A DNA stretch of 63,784 nt, the filler included, from Octopus bimaculoides (Eukaryota), in the NCBI RefSeq assembly GCF_001194135.2. It is 4 parts of 4 records of this genome, joined end to end, with 100 filler letters (N's around TTAATTAATTAA, not from the genome) between each part and the next. Parts side by side here need not be neighbours in the genome. Positions count along the whole stretch, not along the records: positions 30,706 to 56,138 come from NC_068981.1; positions 56,239 to 62,426 come from NC_068993.1; positions 62,527 to 63,784 come from NW_026430746.1; 1 more part is not named here. The stretch is one strand, 5' to 3'. The position numbers were made by a program, and so were the translations under genes. Below, piece after piece: positions 53,193 to 63,784 of the stretch. Positions within the stretch are counted from its first letter, which is position 1. Each line of letters opens with the position of its first letter. The notes beneath the pieces are model-generated. The model was given only the letters and a program-made list of their open reading frames with translations. It made no database searches and had not been told where the DNA came from.

Positions 53193-53383
53193 TACATTTT
53201 CTTTAAGATATACATTTCTGCTGATTTCTCTGCACATGTACTTGTGTGTGTGAGCACACATACATACATATATACATGTATACAAATATATATGCATACA
53301 TGTGTGTGTAGCTTCATTTATGCGTAGAGTTATCTGTACGTTTTTGCGTGCATTTGTATATATCGCATCGTGTCTTATGCATT

Positions 53384-53478
<95 letters not shown>

Positions 53479-53595
53479 ATGCAACGAGCTGTGCATAAAT
53501 ACGTGTTTGCATAAATGTGAGTGTGAGCTTAAGTGTAGTTACCGCTATATATTTATCGTCTAGTAGTAGTAGTAGTAGTAGTAGTAGTCCTTACT

Positions 53596-53736
53596 ACAAG
53601 GTGCTTCCCATCGACATGGTTCCAGGTTCAGACCCACTACGTAGCACCTTGGGTAGGTGTCTTCTACCATAACCTCGGGCCGACCAAAACCTTGTGAGGG
53701 GATTTGGTAGACGGAAACTGAAAGAAGCTTGTCTTA

Positions 53737-53784
<48 letters not shown>

Positions 53785-53869
53785 AATATACATAAATATA
53801 TATATATGGAGAAAGAGGGGTTAGAGGGAGAGATAGACAGACAGACAGACATAGATAGATAGATAGATA

Positions 53870-53904
<35 letters not shown>

Positions 53905-54090
53905 CACCACTTGACTGATGTTGGTGTGTTTATGTTTCCGTAACTTAGCGCTTCGGAAAAAGAGGCCGATAGAATAAGTACACAGCTTTAAAATATAAGT
54001 AGTGAAATCAATTCGTTTAGCTAAAAGTCTTCGAGGTAGTTCCCCAGCATGACCGCAGTCTAATGACAGCAACAAGTAAAAGATAAAAGA
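53596..54090 (+). mobile_element. SINE family A with a ~170-bp compound microsatellite in the middle
   Basis: Head at 53596-53735, (TATC)n/(GATA)n/(GT)n at 53736-53900, tail at 53901-54090. Confidence 0.85.
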
Positions 54091-54100
54091 CAAACATACC

Positions 54101-54506
54101 ATAGGCACAAGGCCAGAAATTTGGGGTGGGCGAGGGTCTAGTCAATTACATCGACTCCACTGCTCAACTGGTACTTATTTTATCGATCTTGATTTGATGA
54201 AAGGCAAGGTCGACCTCGGTGGAATTTCAACTCAGAACGTAGTGAGCATTAACAAATACTGCTTAGCATTTTATCTGTCACGCTGACAGTTTCTTTCTAC
54301 TCTAGGCACAGGGCCCGAAATTTTGGGGGAACGAGGCCAGTCGATTAGATCGAATCCAGTACGCAACTGGTACTTGTTTTATCGACTCCGAAATAATGAA
54401 AGGCAAAGTCGACCTCGGCGGAATTTGAACTTAATACGTAGCGGCAGACGAAATACCGCTAAGCATTTCGCCCGGCGTTCAAACGTTTCTACCAGCTCGC
54501 CGCCTT
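54101..54506 (-). mobile_element. Two tandem SINE family B copies (54101-54283 older; 54290-54506 younger)
   Basis: Two successive GGCACA.GG.C.GAAATTTTGGGG..GGAATTT.AAC modules. Confidence 0.88.
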
Positions 54507-54558
<52 letters not shown>

Positions 54559-55192
54559 TAATAATAATAATAATAATAATCATAACAGTGGTTGCGGTAG
54601 TGGCAGTGGGAGTGGTGGTAGTAGCATTAGTAGTAGTTCCATTACTTTTTTAAGTCCCTGTAATATTATCGAATGATATTGAATCTAATGCATTATCAAA
54701 GTTTCTAGAATTTTACTCATGCNNNNNNNNNNNNNNNNNNNNNNNNNNNNNNNNNNNNNNNNNNNNNNNNNNNNNNNNNNNNNNNNNNNNNNNNNNNNNN
54801 NNNNNNNNNNNNNNNNNNNNNNNNNNNNNNNNNNNNNNNNNNNNNNNNNNNNNNNNNNNNNNNNNNNNNNNNNNNNNNNNNNNNNNNNNNNNNNNNNNNN
54901 NNNNNNNNNNNNNNNNNNNNNNNNNNNNNNNNNNNNNNNNNNNNNNNNNNNNNNNNNNNNNNNNNNNNNNNNNNNNNNNNNNNNNNNNNNNNNNNNNNNN
55001 NNNNNNNNNNNNNNNNNNNNNNNNNNNNNNNNNNNNNNNNNNNNNNNNNNNNNNNNNNNNNNNNNNNNNNNNNNNNNNNNNNNNNNNNNNNNNNNNNNNN
55101 NNNNNNNNNNNNNNNNNNNNNNNNNNNNNNNNNNNNNNNNNNNNNNNNNNNNNNNNNNNNNNATCATCATCATCATCATCGTCATCGTCATC

Positions 55193-55224
<32 letters not shown>

Positions 55225-55415
55225 CATCATCACCATCGTCATCGTCATCATCATCATCATCATCACCATCATCATCATCATCGTCATCATTATCATCATC
55301 ACCGTCATCATCATCATCATCATCATCACCATCATCATCGTCATCGTCATCATCATCATCGTCATCATCATCATCATCATCATCATCGTCATCGTCATCG
55401 TCATCATCATCATCG

Positions 55416-55448
<33 letters not shown>

Positions 55449-55844
55449 CTATACTATTACAAACATGAGAGGTATGTTCACCGAAGACTAGGTCTATGGA
55501 TTTGCTTGTACCATATTTCTGGCAATAGTTACGACACACTCCTTGAAGTTATTATTATGGCCTCGTAAAGAGAATATTGTTTCTGTCGCAAAAGGAAGAA
55601 CATATTGTGAATGAGAATTATCAATTGTCTCATCTCTGCAAACTGTTGTTTGCATACTTGTTTACGTATGAATGCAGGTGTGTATGTATGTACATGTGTG
55701 TGTATGTACGTGTGTGTATGTGCGTGTATGTATGTAAACAGACATCTGTGAAGGCGTGTAGATATGTGTTCATGGGCATTTGTGTACATCACTCTTATAA
55801 ACAAACAGATATACCACACACGCGCGCACGCAGAAGCTCGTCGT

Positions 55845-56100
55845 ATGTTTATGTGTGTATCTCTGTGTGTCTTTGTGTCTGTGTTTCTCCTCCCCACCAC
55901 TGCTTGTCACCATTTGACAAACGATATTGGTGCGTTTACATCTCTGTAACTTAGCGGTTCGGCAAACCAGACTGATAGAATAAGTGCTAGGCTTAAGACA
56001 TAAATCCTGAGGTCGATTTCTTTGACTAAAACTGTTCAGGGCTGTACTTCAGCATGGCCGCAATCGAATGACTGAAACAAGTAAAAGAATAAAAGAATAT
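55845..56100 (+). mobile_element. SINE family A, 3' part
   Basis: GTAACTTAGCGGTTCGGCAAA..AGCATGGCCGCA..ACAAGTAAAAGAATAAAAG. Confidence 0.85.
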
Positions 56101-56479
56101 ATTTGTATATATACATATATATATATAAATATATATATNNNNNNNNNNNNNNNNNNNNNNNNNNNNNNNNNNNNNNNNNNNNTTAATTAATTAANNNNNN
56201 NNNNNNNNNNNNNNNNNNNNNNNNNNNNNNNNNNNNNNCCATCATGTTTTTCTTGCTCTCTTTTATATTTTTTTTTCTATTGATACTCTCATCTTATTCA
56301 TCTTCACCGTCCTCGACATTACCATCCTCATTGTAGTTACTGTATCTTATTTTTTTTGTATTTTATTAATTAAAAAAGAGTCTAATTTATTTTTTTTATT
56401 AGTTCGATTGTTCTTGTTATTGCTGTTGTCGCTGCTGTTGACTGTGATTGTGATAGTGAGGTTGGAGCTGTTGCTGATA

Positions 56480-56671
56480 ATGTTGTAGTAGTAGTAGTAG
56501 GAGGAGGAGGAGGAGGAGGAGGAGCAGTAGTAGTAGTGGTGGTGGTGGTTGTTGTTGTTGCTGTTGTTGCTAGTGGCAATGTTGATACAGCATTGGTGGT
56601 GGTGGTGGTGGTGGTGATGGTTGTGGTGGCTGTGATGACAGCAGCAACTTGTGTTATTATTTCACTTACTC

Positions 56672-56705
<34 letters not shown>

Positions 56706-56736
56706 TGTAGTAGTAGTAGTAGTTGTAGTAGTAGTG

Positions 56737-56783
<47 letters not shown>

Positions 56784-56787
56784 TGTT

Positions 56788-56819
<32 letters not shown>

Positions 56820-56859
56820 TGTAGTAGTAGTGGTAATAGTAGTAGTAGTAGTAGTAGTT

Positions 56860-56891
<32 letters not shown>

Positions 56892-57162
56892 TGTAGTAGT
56901 AGTAGTAGTAGTAGTAGTTGTAGTAGTAGTAGTTATTGTTGTTGTTCTTGGTGGTGTTGTTGTTGTTGGTGGTGGTGGTGCTTTTCTTGGCGGTTGTGTT
57001 AATATTGTATTTTATTTTGGGGTCTCATCAAATTGAAAATGTGCGTTTAAATCGAAACACTGACGCATATCCACTGACACATACACACGAACAAACACAC
57101 ACACACAGCTACTGACACACATACACGTGCGCAATAAGGACACTCACACACGCATAAATCCA

Positions 57163-57226
<64 letters not shown>

Positions 57227-57516
57227 GCATGCATGTATGTATATATATGTATATATATATTATGTATATATACATACATACATACATACATATATTTGTA
57301 TTTATACATACATATGCATATGTATATATACATATATATATGCATTTATATATGTATATATACATACATATATATATGTATATATGCATAAATATATATG
57401 TACATACATACATATACATATACATTTATATATATATATATATACATGTATATATGTATATATATATATATATATATATAAACATATATATGTATGTACA
57501 TATATATGTGCGTGTG

Positions 57517-57549
<33 letters not shown>

Positions 57550-58223
57550 ACGCACGCATGAATACATTGTTTAGTAGGAAAACCTTGTTAAATGTTATCC
57601 CTAAGGCAACATGGGAGAATGTTTCTTGGGATTAGAGACACGGGATAGAATGGCTCAGGCGTGGTAATGTATTAGTAATTGAAAGTTCCTTGTCAACATC
57701 ATCATCGCCATCATCCCCACCACCACTAACACCAACACCCCTCATCACCACCACCATCAGCATCATCACCATCATCATAGTCGTCGTCGTAGTCGTCGTC
57801 GTCATCATCATCATCATCATCATCATCATTATCATTTTCGTCATCATCACCTTAATTGTCGACGCCGTCGTCGCTCTTGCGATGACGAAGATGCTGTCGG
57901 TGTTATCTCCCTTCGCTCCCCGTCTTCCTCCTCCCCGTCCTCCTCCTCCACGTCCTCCTCCTCCACGTCCTCCTCCTCCTCGTCCTCCTCGTCCGCGTCC
58001 TCCTACTCCTCGTCCTCCTTCTCGTCCTCGTCCTCCTCGTCCTCCTTCTCGTCCTCCTTCTCGTCCTCGTCCTCGTCCTCGTCCTCCTCCTCCTCGTCCT
58101 CGTCGTCGTCGTCGTCCTCCTCGTCGTCATCGTCCTCCTCGTCGTCGTCGTCCTCGTCGTCGTCGACGTCCTCCTCCTCCTCCTCCCCATGATCATCATC
58201 ATCATCATCATCATCACCACCAC

Positions 58224-58256
<33 letters not shown>

Positions 58257-58660
58257 TATCATCACAAGCATCATAACCATCATCATCATCAGTACGAACT
58301 TCATGACTATGATGATGATGATCATCGTCATCATAACCGTCGTCATCGTCATCATCATCGTCATCGTCATCATCCTCATCCTCATCATCATCATCATCAT
58401 CATCGTCGTCGTCGTCGTCGTCGTCATTTATAGCGGTATCGTCAACAAGAACAATAACATCACTATTCCTAGCCATTATCTCATTCCCTCCTCCCCTTCC
58501 GCCTCGTTCTAATGATAATCCCCCTCAAAACATCACCTTCATTGTCGCTATTATTGTTCTTGTTGTTGTCTTCGCCTTCGTCGTTGTCATCATCATCGTC
58601 ATCATCGTCGTCGTCGTTGTCATCAGCATCATCATCGTCTCATCGTCATCATCATGAGAA
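56480..58660. repeat. Triplet and dinucleotide repeat field: (GTA/GTT/GGT)n, (CA/TA)n, (CCT/CGT/CAT)n
   Basis: Directly visible. It produces the poly-V, poly-S, Pro/Arg/His- and Asp/Glu-rich ORFs. Confidence 0.95.
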
Positions 58661-58679
58661 GCAACAGCAGTTGTATGAA

Positions 58680-59264
58680 TGAAAAAAATTAAGAAAGACA
58701 AATGAATAAATATGTTAAAGAATGTTTGGGTGTACGAATGAACATATGAATGAAAAAACAAATGGATGATAGGGCGAAGGAAAAAGCGAATAAGAAATAT
58801 AAGAAATAGAGAGCAAATGTATTAAGAAGGAAGGAAATTTTGAATGAAATGAAAATAAATAATGGAATAAAAGAATAAAAAGACGAAAGAATTTTTTTCT
58901 ATTTATAGAAATATATAAACTTCGAGCAAAGGACAGAACTAAGAATATGTAGAATAAAATGAGGAATGAATTAATGTAAGAATAAAATGAATGAAGAATG
59001 CACGGAAGACTAAATGAATAAATGAAATATGTAAGAAATTTAAGAAATACGTAAATAACAAAATAAATAGATAAATAAATATACAACTGACATGAATAAA
59101 TAAACGAAGGCGCGTGTGACGGAACGCATAAAACAAAGAATGCAAGAAATATATAAAATGTATATTAAAGAAGAAAATGAATAAAGGAGAGAAAGTAGGC
59201 CGAAAGAGAAGAACAAGGAGAGTTGGAGAGAGAGGGGGTAAAGAGGAAGCAAGAGAGAGGGGGT

Positions 59265-59295
<31 letters not shown>

Positions 59296-59789
59296 GAGAC
59301 AGAGAGAGGTGAGAAGAATGAGGGAGTGAAAAGAACCAATGAGAGACGAAATATATTGAATAAACATCAATGATATAAAAAGATTTTCAGGACGACTAAT
59401 AAGATCCAATATGTTTGAAATCCGCCACACTTCAGTCTATTGTCTTTGTTGGTGTTTCGCAGATTTTACTTCAAATGTTGTTTATGTCCCAAAAGGATTA
59501 GTTGTTTCCTTGATTTTCTTTGCTTTTAGATATTTGAATTTATTTTATTTTTGGCAAATGAATTAATATTATATTCTAATTAGTTTCTATTCTGATGGTT
59601 GTCGCGTTTCTCTTCGCGTTTTCTCGCTCTTTTTCCTCGTTTATACACTTCGACATGTTGGGTTCGTCGCCTTCATGGATTTCCTCTCTGTTTTTTTCTT
59701 TTTTATTATTTTACTAACAGCCGAATGTTGGCATTCGTTAGTCGTCTAATATGACGGTGGCCGAGAGGGAAAAAGGGATAGACAAAGAA

Positions 59790-59832
<43 letters not shown>

Positions 59833-59980
59833 GAGAGAAGGAAGAGAGAAAGAGAGAGAAAGACAGAGAAGCGTACAGATAGACAGGCAGATGAGGGAGA
59901 GGATAGACTGACGAACAGACAGAAAAGCATGAGCAAAAAAGAAAGCACGAAATCGAGAGAGAGAGAGAGAAAAAAGTTGA

Positions 59981-60026
<46 letters not shown>

Positions 60027-60264
60027 CAGACAGCAGAGAGAGAGGATGGACTGAAGAAGACACAAACATGACTAAGAAAGGGAAGTAGAGAAAGAGAAAG
60101 AGAGAGAGAGAGAGAGAGAGGGAAGGAGAGGAAAGCAGAGAGAAGGAAAGTATTCAAAAGAAAAGGGCAGATACGGAACGATGCAGATGAAAATAAAAGA
60201 AAGATTCAAAGAGAGAGAAAGGGAGAGAGAAGGTGATGGAGAAAGATCAGTAAAAGAGAGAATT

Positions 60265-60307
<43 letters not shown>

Positions 60308-60490
60308 TGGAGAAACTAGGGAAAGATTAAGAGAGTAGGAGAGAGGGGAGAGAGAAAGAGGAGAGATGGAGAAAAGGAGAGCAGGAGAAATGTCGTAAGC
60401 GATATATAATCGAAAGGGTTACAGACAAACTGGCTACAAAGAGAAAGTAGAGATACAAAGATACCAAGCGATAGAAGCATAAGAATGAGA

Positions 60491-60531
<41 letters not shown>
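58680..60531. repeat. Purine-rich (GA)n/(AAAT)n low-complexity region
   Basis: Strong strand-asymmetric A/G composition with (GA)n runs. Confidence 0.9.
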
Positions 60532-61205
60532 NNNNNNNNNNNNNNNNNNNNNNNNNNNNNNNNNNNNNNNNNNNNNNNNNNNNNNNNNNNNNNNNNNNNN
60601 NNNNNNNNNNNNNNNNNNNNNNNNNNNNNNNNNNNNNNNNNNNNNNNNNNNNNNNNNNNNNNNNNNNNNNNNNNNNNNNNNNNNNNNNNNNNNNNNNNNN
60701 NNNNNNNNNNNNNNNNNNNNNNNNNNNNNNNNNNNNNNNNNNNNNNNNNNNNNNNNNNNNNNNNNNNNNNNNNNNNNNNNNNNNNNNNNNNNNNNNNNNN
60801 NNNNNNNNNNNNNNNNNNNNNNNNNNNNNNNNNNNNNNNNNNNNNNNNNNNNNNNNNNNNNNNNNNNNNNNNNNNNNNNNNNNNNNNNNNNNNNNNNNNN
60901 NNNNNNNNNNNNNNNNNNNNNNNNNNNNNNNNNNNNNNNNNNNNNNNNNNNNNNNNNNNNNNNNNNNNNNNNNNNNNNNNNNNNNNNNNNNNNNNNNNNN
61001 NNNNNNNNNNNNNNNNNNNNNNNNNNNNNNNNNNNNNNNNNNNNNNNNNNNNNNNNNNNNNNNNNNNNNNNNNNNNNNNNNNNNNNNNNNNNNNNNNNNN
61101 NNNNNNNNNNNNNNNNNNNNNNNNNNNNNNNNNNNNNNNNNNNNNNNNNNNNNNNNNNNNNNNNNNNNNNNNNNNNNNNNNNNNNNNNNNNNNNNNNNNN
61201 NNNNN

Positions 61206-61239
<34 letters not shown>

Positions 61240-61789
61240 ATGTATTTATATATATATATGTATCAATCTACGTGTGTGTCTCTGTGTGTGCATGTGTGTG
61301 TGACGGAAAGGTTGTAGGAGAAACTGAGAATGGTATGTAGTAAATTTGTGACTGGGTGTGTACGTGTAAGATAGAAAGATACTTTAGTATGTAGATAGAG
61401 ATAGTGAGATAGAAATGGTGAGAGAAAGAAAGAGAGAGAAAAAGAATGAGAGAGAGAGAAAAGCATTAGATAGATTGACACATAGACTGATTGGATGATC
61501 TAAAGGTAGAGACATGATAGCTAGATTGAAAAGTAGATAGGTGATAAATTGGATTGAGCAATGAGAAAGACGGATCACCAGTAAACAATTGGATACGAGG
61601 AAAACGTATGCATGTTGAGTAAACTGCAGAAGAGGATGAGAGAGGGGGAGGAGGAGTTTGTGTGTATGCTGGTGAATGAATGAACGATGGGTAGAGATGG
61701 AGATTGAGAAAGAGTGAGAGAAAGGGTGAGAAGGGGTTAAATAACAGAAGCAAGTGATACACAGTAATCTACGTCATGCGATGACAAAA

Positions 61790-62131
61790 GAGGACTTCTA
61801 TGGATTAAGCTTTCGTTTTCGAATAATAAAGACACCAAACAGAAAAAAATGTTTTCGTGTTAGCTTCAAAGGTTTGCAACAGATCAGAGCACTCTTCCTC
61901 ACTTCTCTATTTTAAATCAGGTATCAACTGCAAAAGTTGATACCAGAAACTTCAAAACACTTTCCGATAGGCATCTGATACAGGCTTCTGACCATAGTCC
62001 AAGTGTGAAACAATCTCACGGATTGTGATGGCTCTGTTCATGCAAATCAGTTCGTCCACTCTCTGGCGACCCGTGTCAGTGGTCACTTACTGCGCGTTTC
62101 TCTTCAATACCGGTTTCCCTTTCTTTAAACT
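61790..62131 (-). pseudogene. Decayed mariner transposase fragment
   Basis: The minus strand reads FKERETGIEEKR (FKxGRxSxEDxxR), then after a frameshift RVDELICMNRAITIREIV..RKVF..CSDLLQTFE..WCLYYSKTK. This is colinear with the mariner HTH-linker-start of the DDD domain. Confidence 0.65.
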
Positions 62132-62142
62132 CTGAGAGAGAA

Positions 62143-62178
<36 letters not shown>

Positions 62179-62526
62179 GGGAAAGAGAGAGAGAGAGAGA
62201 GAGGGGGCGGGGAAAGAGAGAACGAGAGAGAGAGAGTGGAGATCAATTTTAGCCAGAACGAAATTGGTACTTCCACTGCAGAAAGATAAAAGTCGAAGTT
62301 AGCATCAGTAGGAATTGAACTCAGGATGCAGTGAGATAGATGGAATACTATAAGGCATTGGATGTGACGTTGTGGTGTTTCTGCCATTTCAACACCATAT
62401 ATAACCACCAGGCCTGGATGTATAGTNNNNNNNNNNNNNNNNNNNNNNNNNNNNNNNNNNNNNNNNNNNNTTAATTAATTAANNNNNNNNNNNNNNNNNN
62501 NNNNNNNNNNNNNNNNNNNNNNNNNN

Positions 62527-62557
<31 letters not shown>

Positions 62558-63354
62558 TGCATGCATAGTTATGTATGTATGTATGTATGTATGTATATTT
62601 ACGTTTTAGTATATATATATTTGTATGAATAATACATATGTATATCTGTATGTGTTACACAAATATATTCCACGTCATCATCATCATCATCATTGTCGTC
62701 GTCATCTCCATCCTACTCCTCCTATCCCTCCCTATCCTCCTCCGCCTCCTCCTTCTCCTCCACCTCCTCCTTCTCCTCCACCTCATGATCATCATCTGCA
62801 TCGTCATCATTATCATTATCATTATCATGATCCTGAACACCCTACTTATATTTACACGCAATATGCATCCCCACTCATCGCATTACTATTTTTTACCACC
62901 ATTGTTATCCATCACCGTTATCACCAACATCAGCAGCCTATCAACCATCACCACCATCTCTACTCCATCAGAACCATCACCTTTAAATACTACCATTGCC
63001 ACTACCAATCAGATCCAAAGGTACGAAATCAATTAAGATGATGATCTATAAAGTACTACAACAACTTTCAACAGCAACAAACAATATATGTAGGAAGCCA
63101 ATCTGAAAAGAATAAGAAAAAGTAACCAGTATTGATAATAAACATATTACAACCCCAGCAAACAACAACAACATCAACAACAACAACAATTAGAGTAACG
63201 GCAGCGGAAAGAAATTATCCTTAAGCACCCTGGATTTTCTTTAGAATTGTTTCCCTTGTCATTGCTGTATTACTACAAGGGAGAAAACTCATACGGCGAC
63301 ATGATGCTCCTACAGTGTGCTAAAGGCAAAAATAAGCAATATTACAATTATTCT

Positions 63355-63784
63355 TAGACGAGGAGCAGGTAGAATCGTTAGCACTCTGGGAAAAATGCTT
63401 AGCTGCATTTCGTCCGTCTTTATGTTCTGACTTAAAATTCTCTCCCGAGGTCGGCTTTGACTTTCATCCGTTCGGAGACGATGAAATAAGTAGCAGTTAT
63501 TCATTGGGGTTCAATATAATCGACTTAGCCTCTCCCCCGAAACTGCTGGCCTTGTGCCAAAATTTTAAATTAATATTAAAATCATTCTTAGGCGAAGAGC
63601 TGGCAGAATCTTTAGCACGCTGAAGAAATTGCTTAACCGCGTTTCATCCGTCTTTACGCTCTGACTTCAAATTCCCTCCCGAGGTCGGGTTTGACTTTCG
63701 GCTGATCGGGGTCGAGAAAATGAGTACCAGTTGATTACTGGGGTCGATGTAATCAACTAACCCATTACCATCCCACCCACAAAT
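63355..63784 (+). mobile_element. Two tandem SINE family B copies (63355-63575; 63589 to window end)
   Basis: Two successive heads (..GAATCGTTAGCAC and TAGGCGAAGAGCTGGCAGAATC), each with CCGAGGTCGG.TTTGACTTTC. Confidence 0.88.

Noticed and set aside
58003-58476. 157-aa Asp/Glu-rich ORF and overlapping Pro/Arg/His-rich ORFs
   Set aside because: These are translations of triplet microsatellites, with no unique domain or splice context.
61920-61944. Perfect 10-bp hairpin GGTATCAACT-GCAAA-AGTTGATACC
   Set aside because: It lies within the mariner fossil and is too short to imply function.
62091-62131. Apparent 41-nt minus-strand microexon (strong CT-rich acceptor, GCA|GTAAGT donor, EFKERETGIEEKRA)
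   Set aside because: The peptide is colinear with the surrounding mariner transposase fossil, and the acceptor is supplied by a (CT)n microsatellite. Exonisation is not excluded but has no support.

Overview
This is AT-rich, microsatellite-dense eukaryotic DNA from a gapped draft assembly. The repeat landscape looks cephalopod (octopus-like), which is my inference. I found no confidently identifiable host protein-coding gene or stable RNA gene, and nearly all ORFs in the track are translated microsatellites or N-gaps. The window holds transposable-element remains. These are a 5'-truncated Tx1/L1-clade LINE inside a (TATC)n array, an ORF1-only Tx1 derivative splitting a tRNA-SINE with a 13-bp duplication, and a same-strand stack of R4/Dong-like LINE pieces each ending in (AAT)n. 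There are also mariner/Tc1 fossils, possible piggyBac fossils and roughly 25 copies or fragments of at least four tRNA-derived SINE families. The most interesting signal is four minimal type-I hammerhead ribozyme motifs with palindromic helix III, in short non-coding repeats of at least two families (1819+, 16475+, 32866-, 44178-). They resemble Penelope-derived or retrozyme-like elements. Three TTAATTAATTAA islands inside exact 100-bp gaps are assembly spacers, so long-range adjacency is uncertain.
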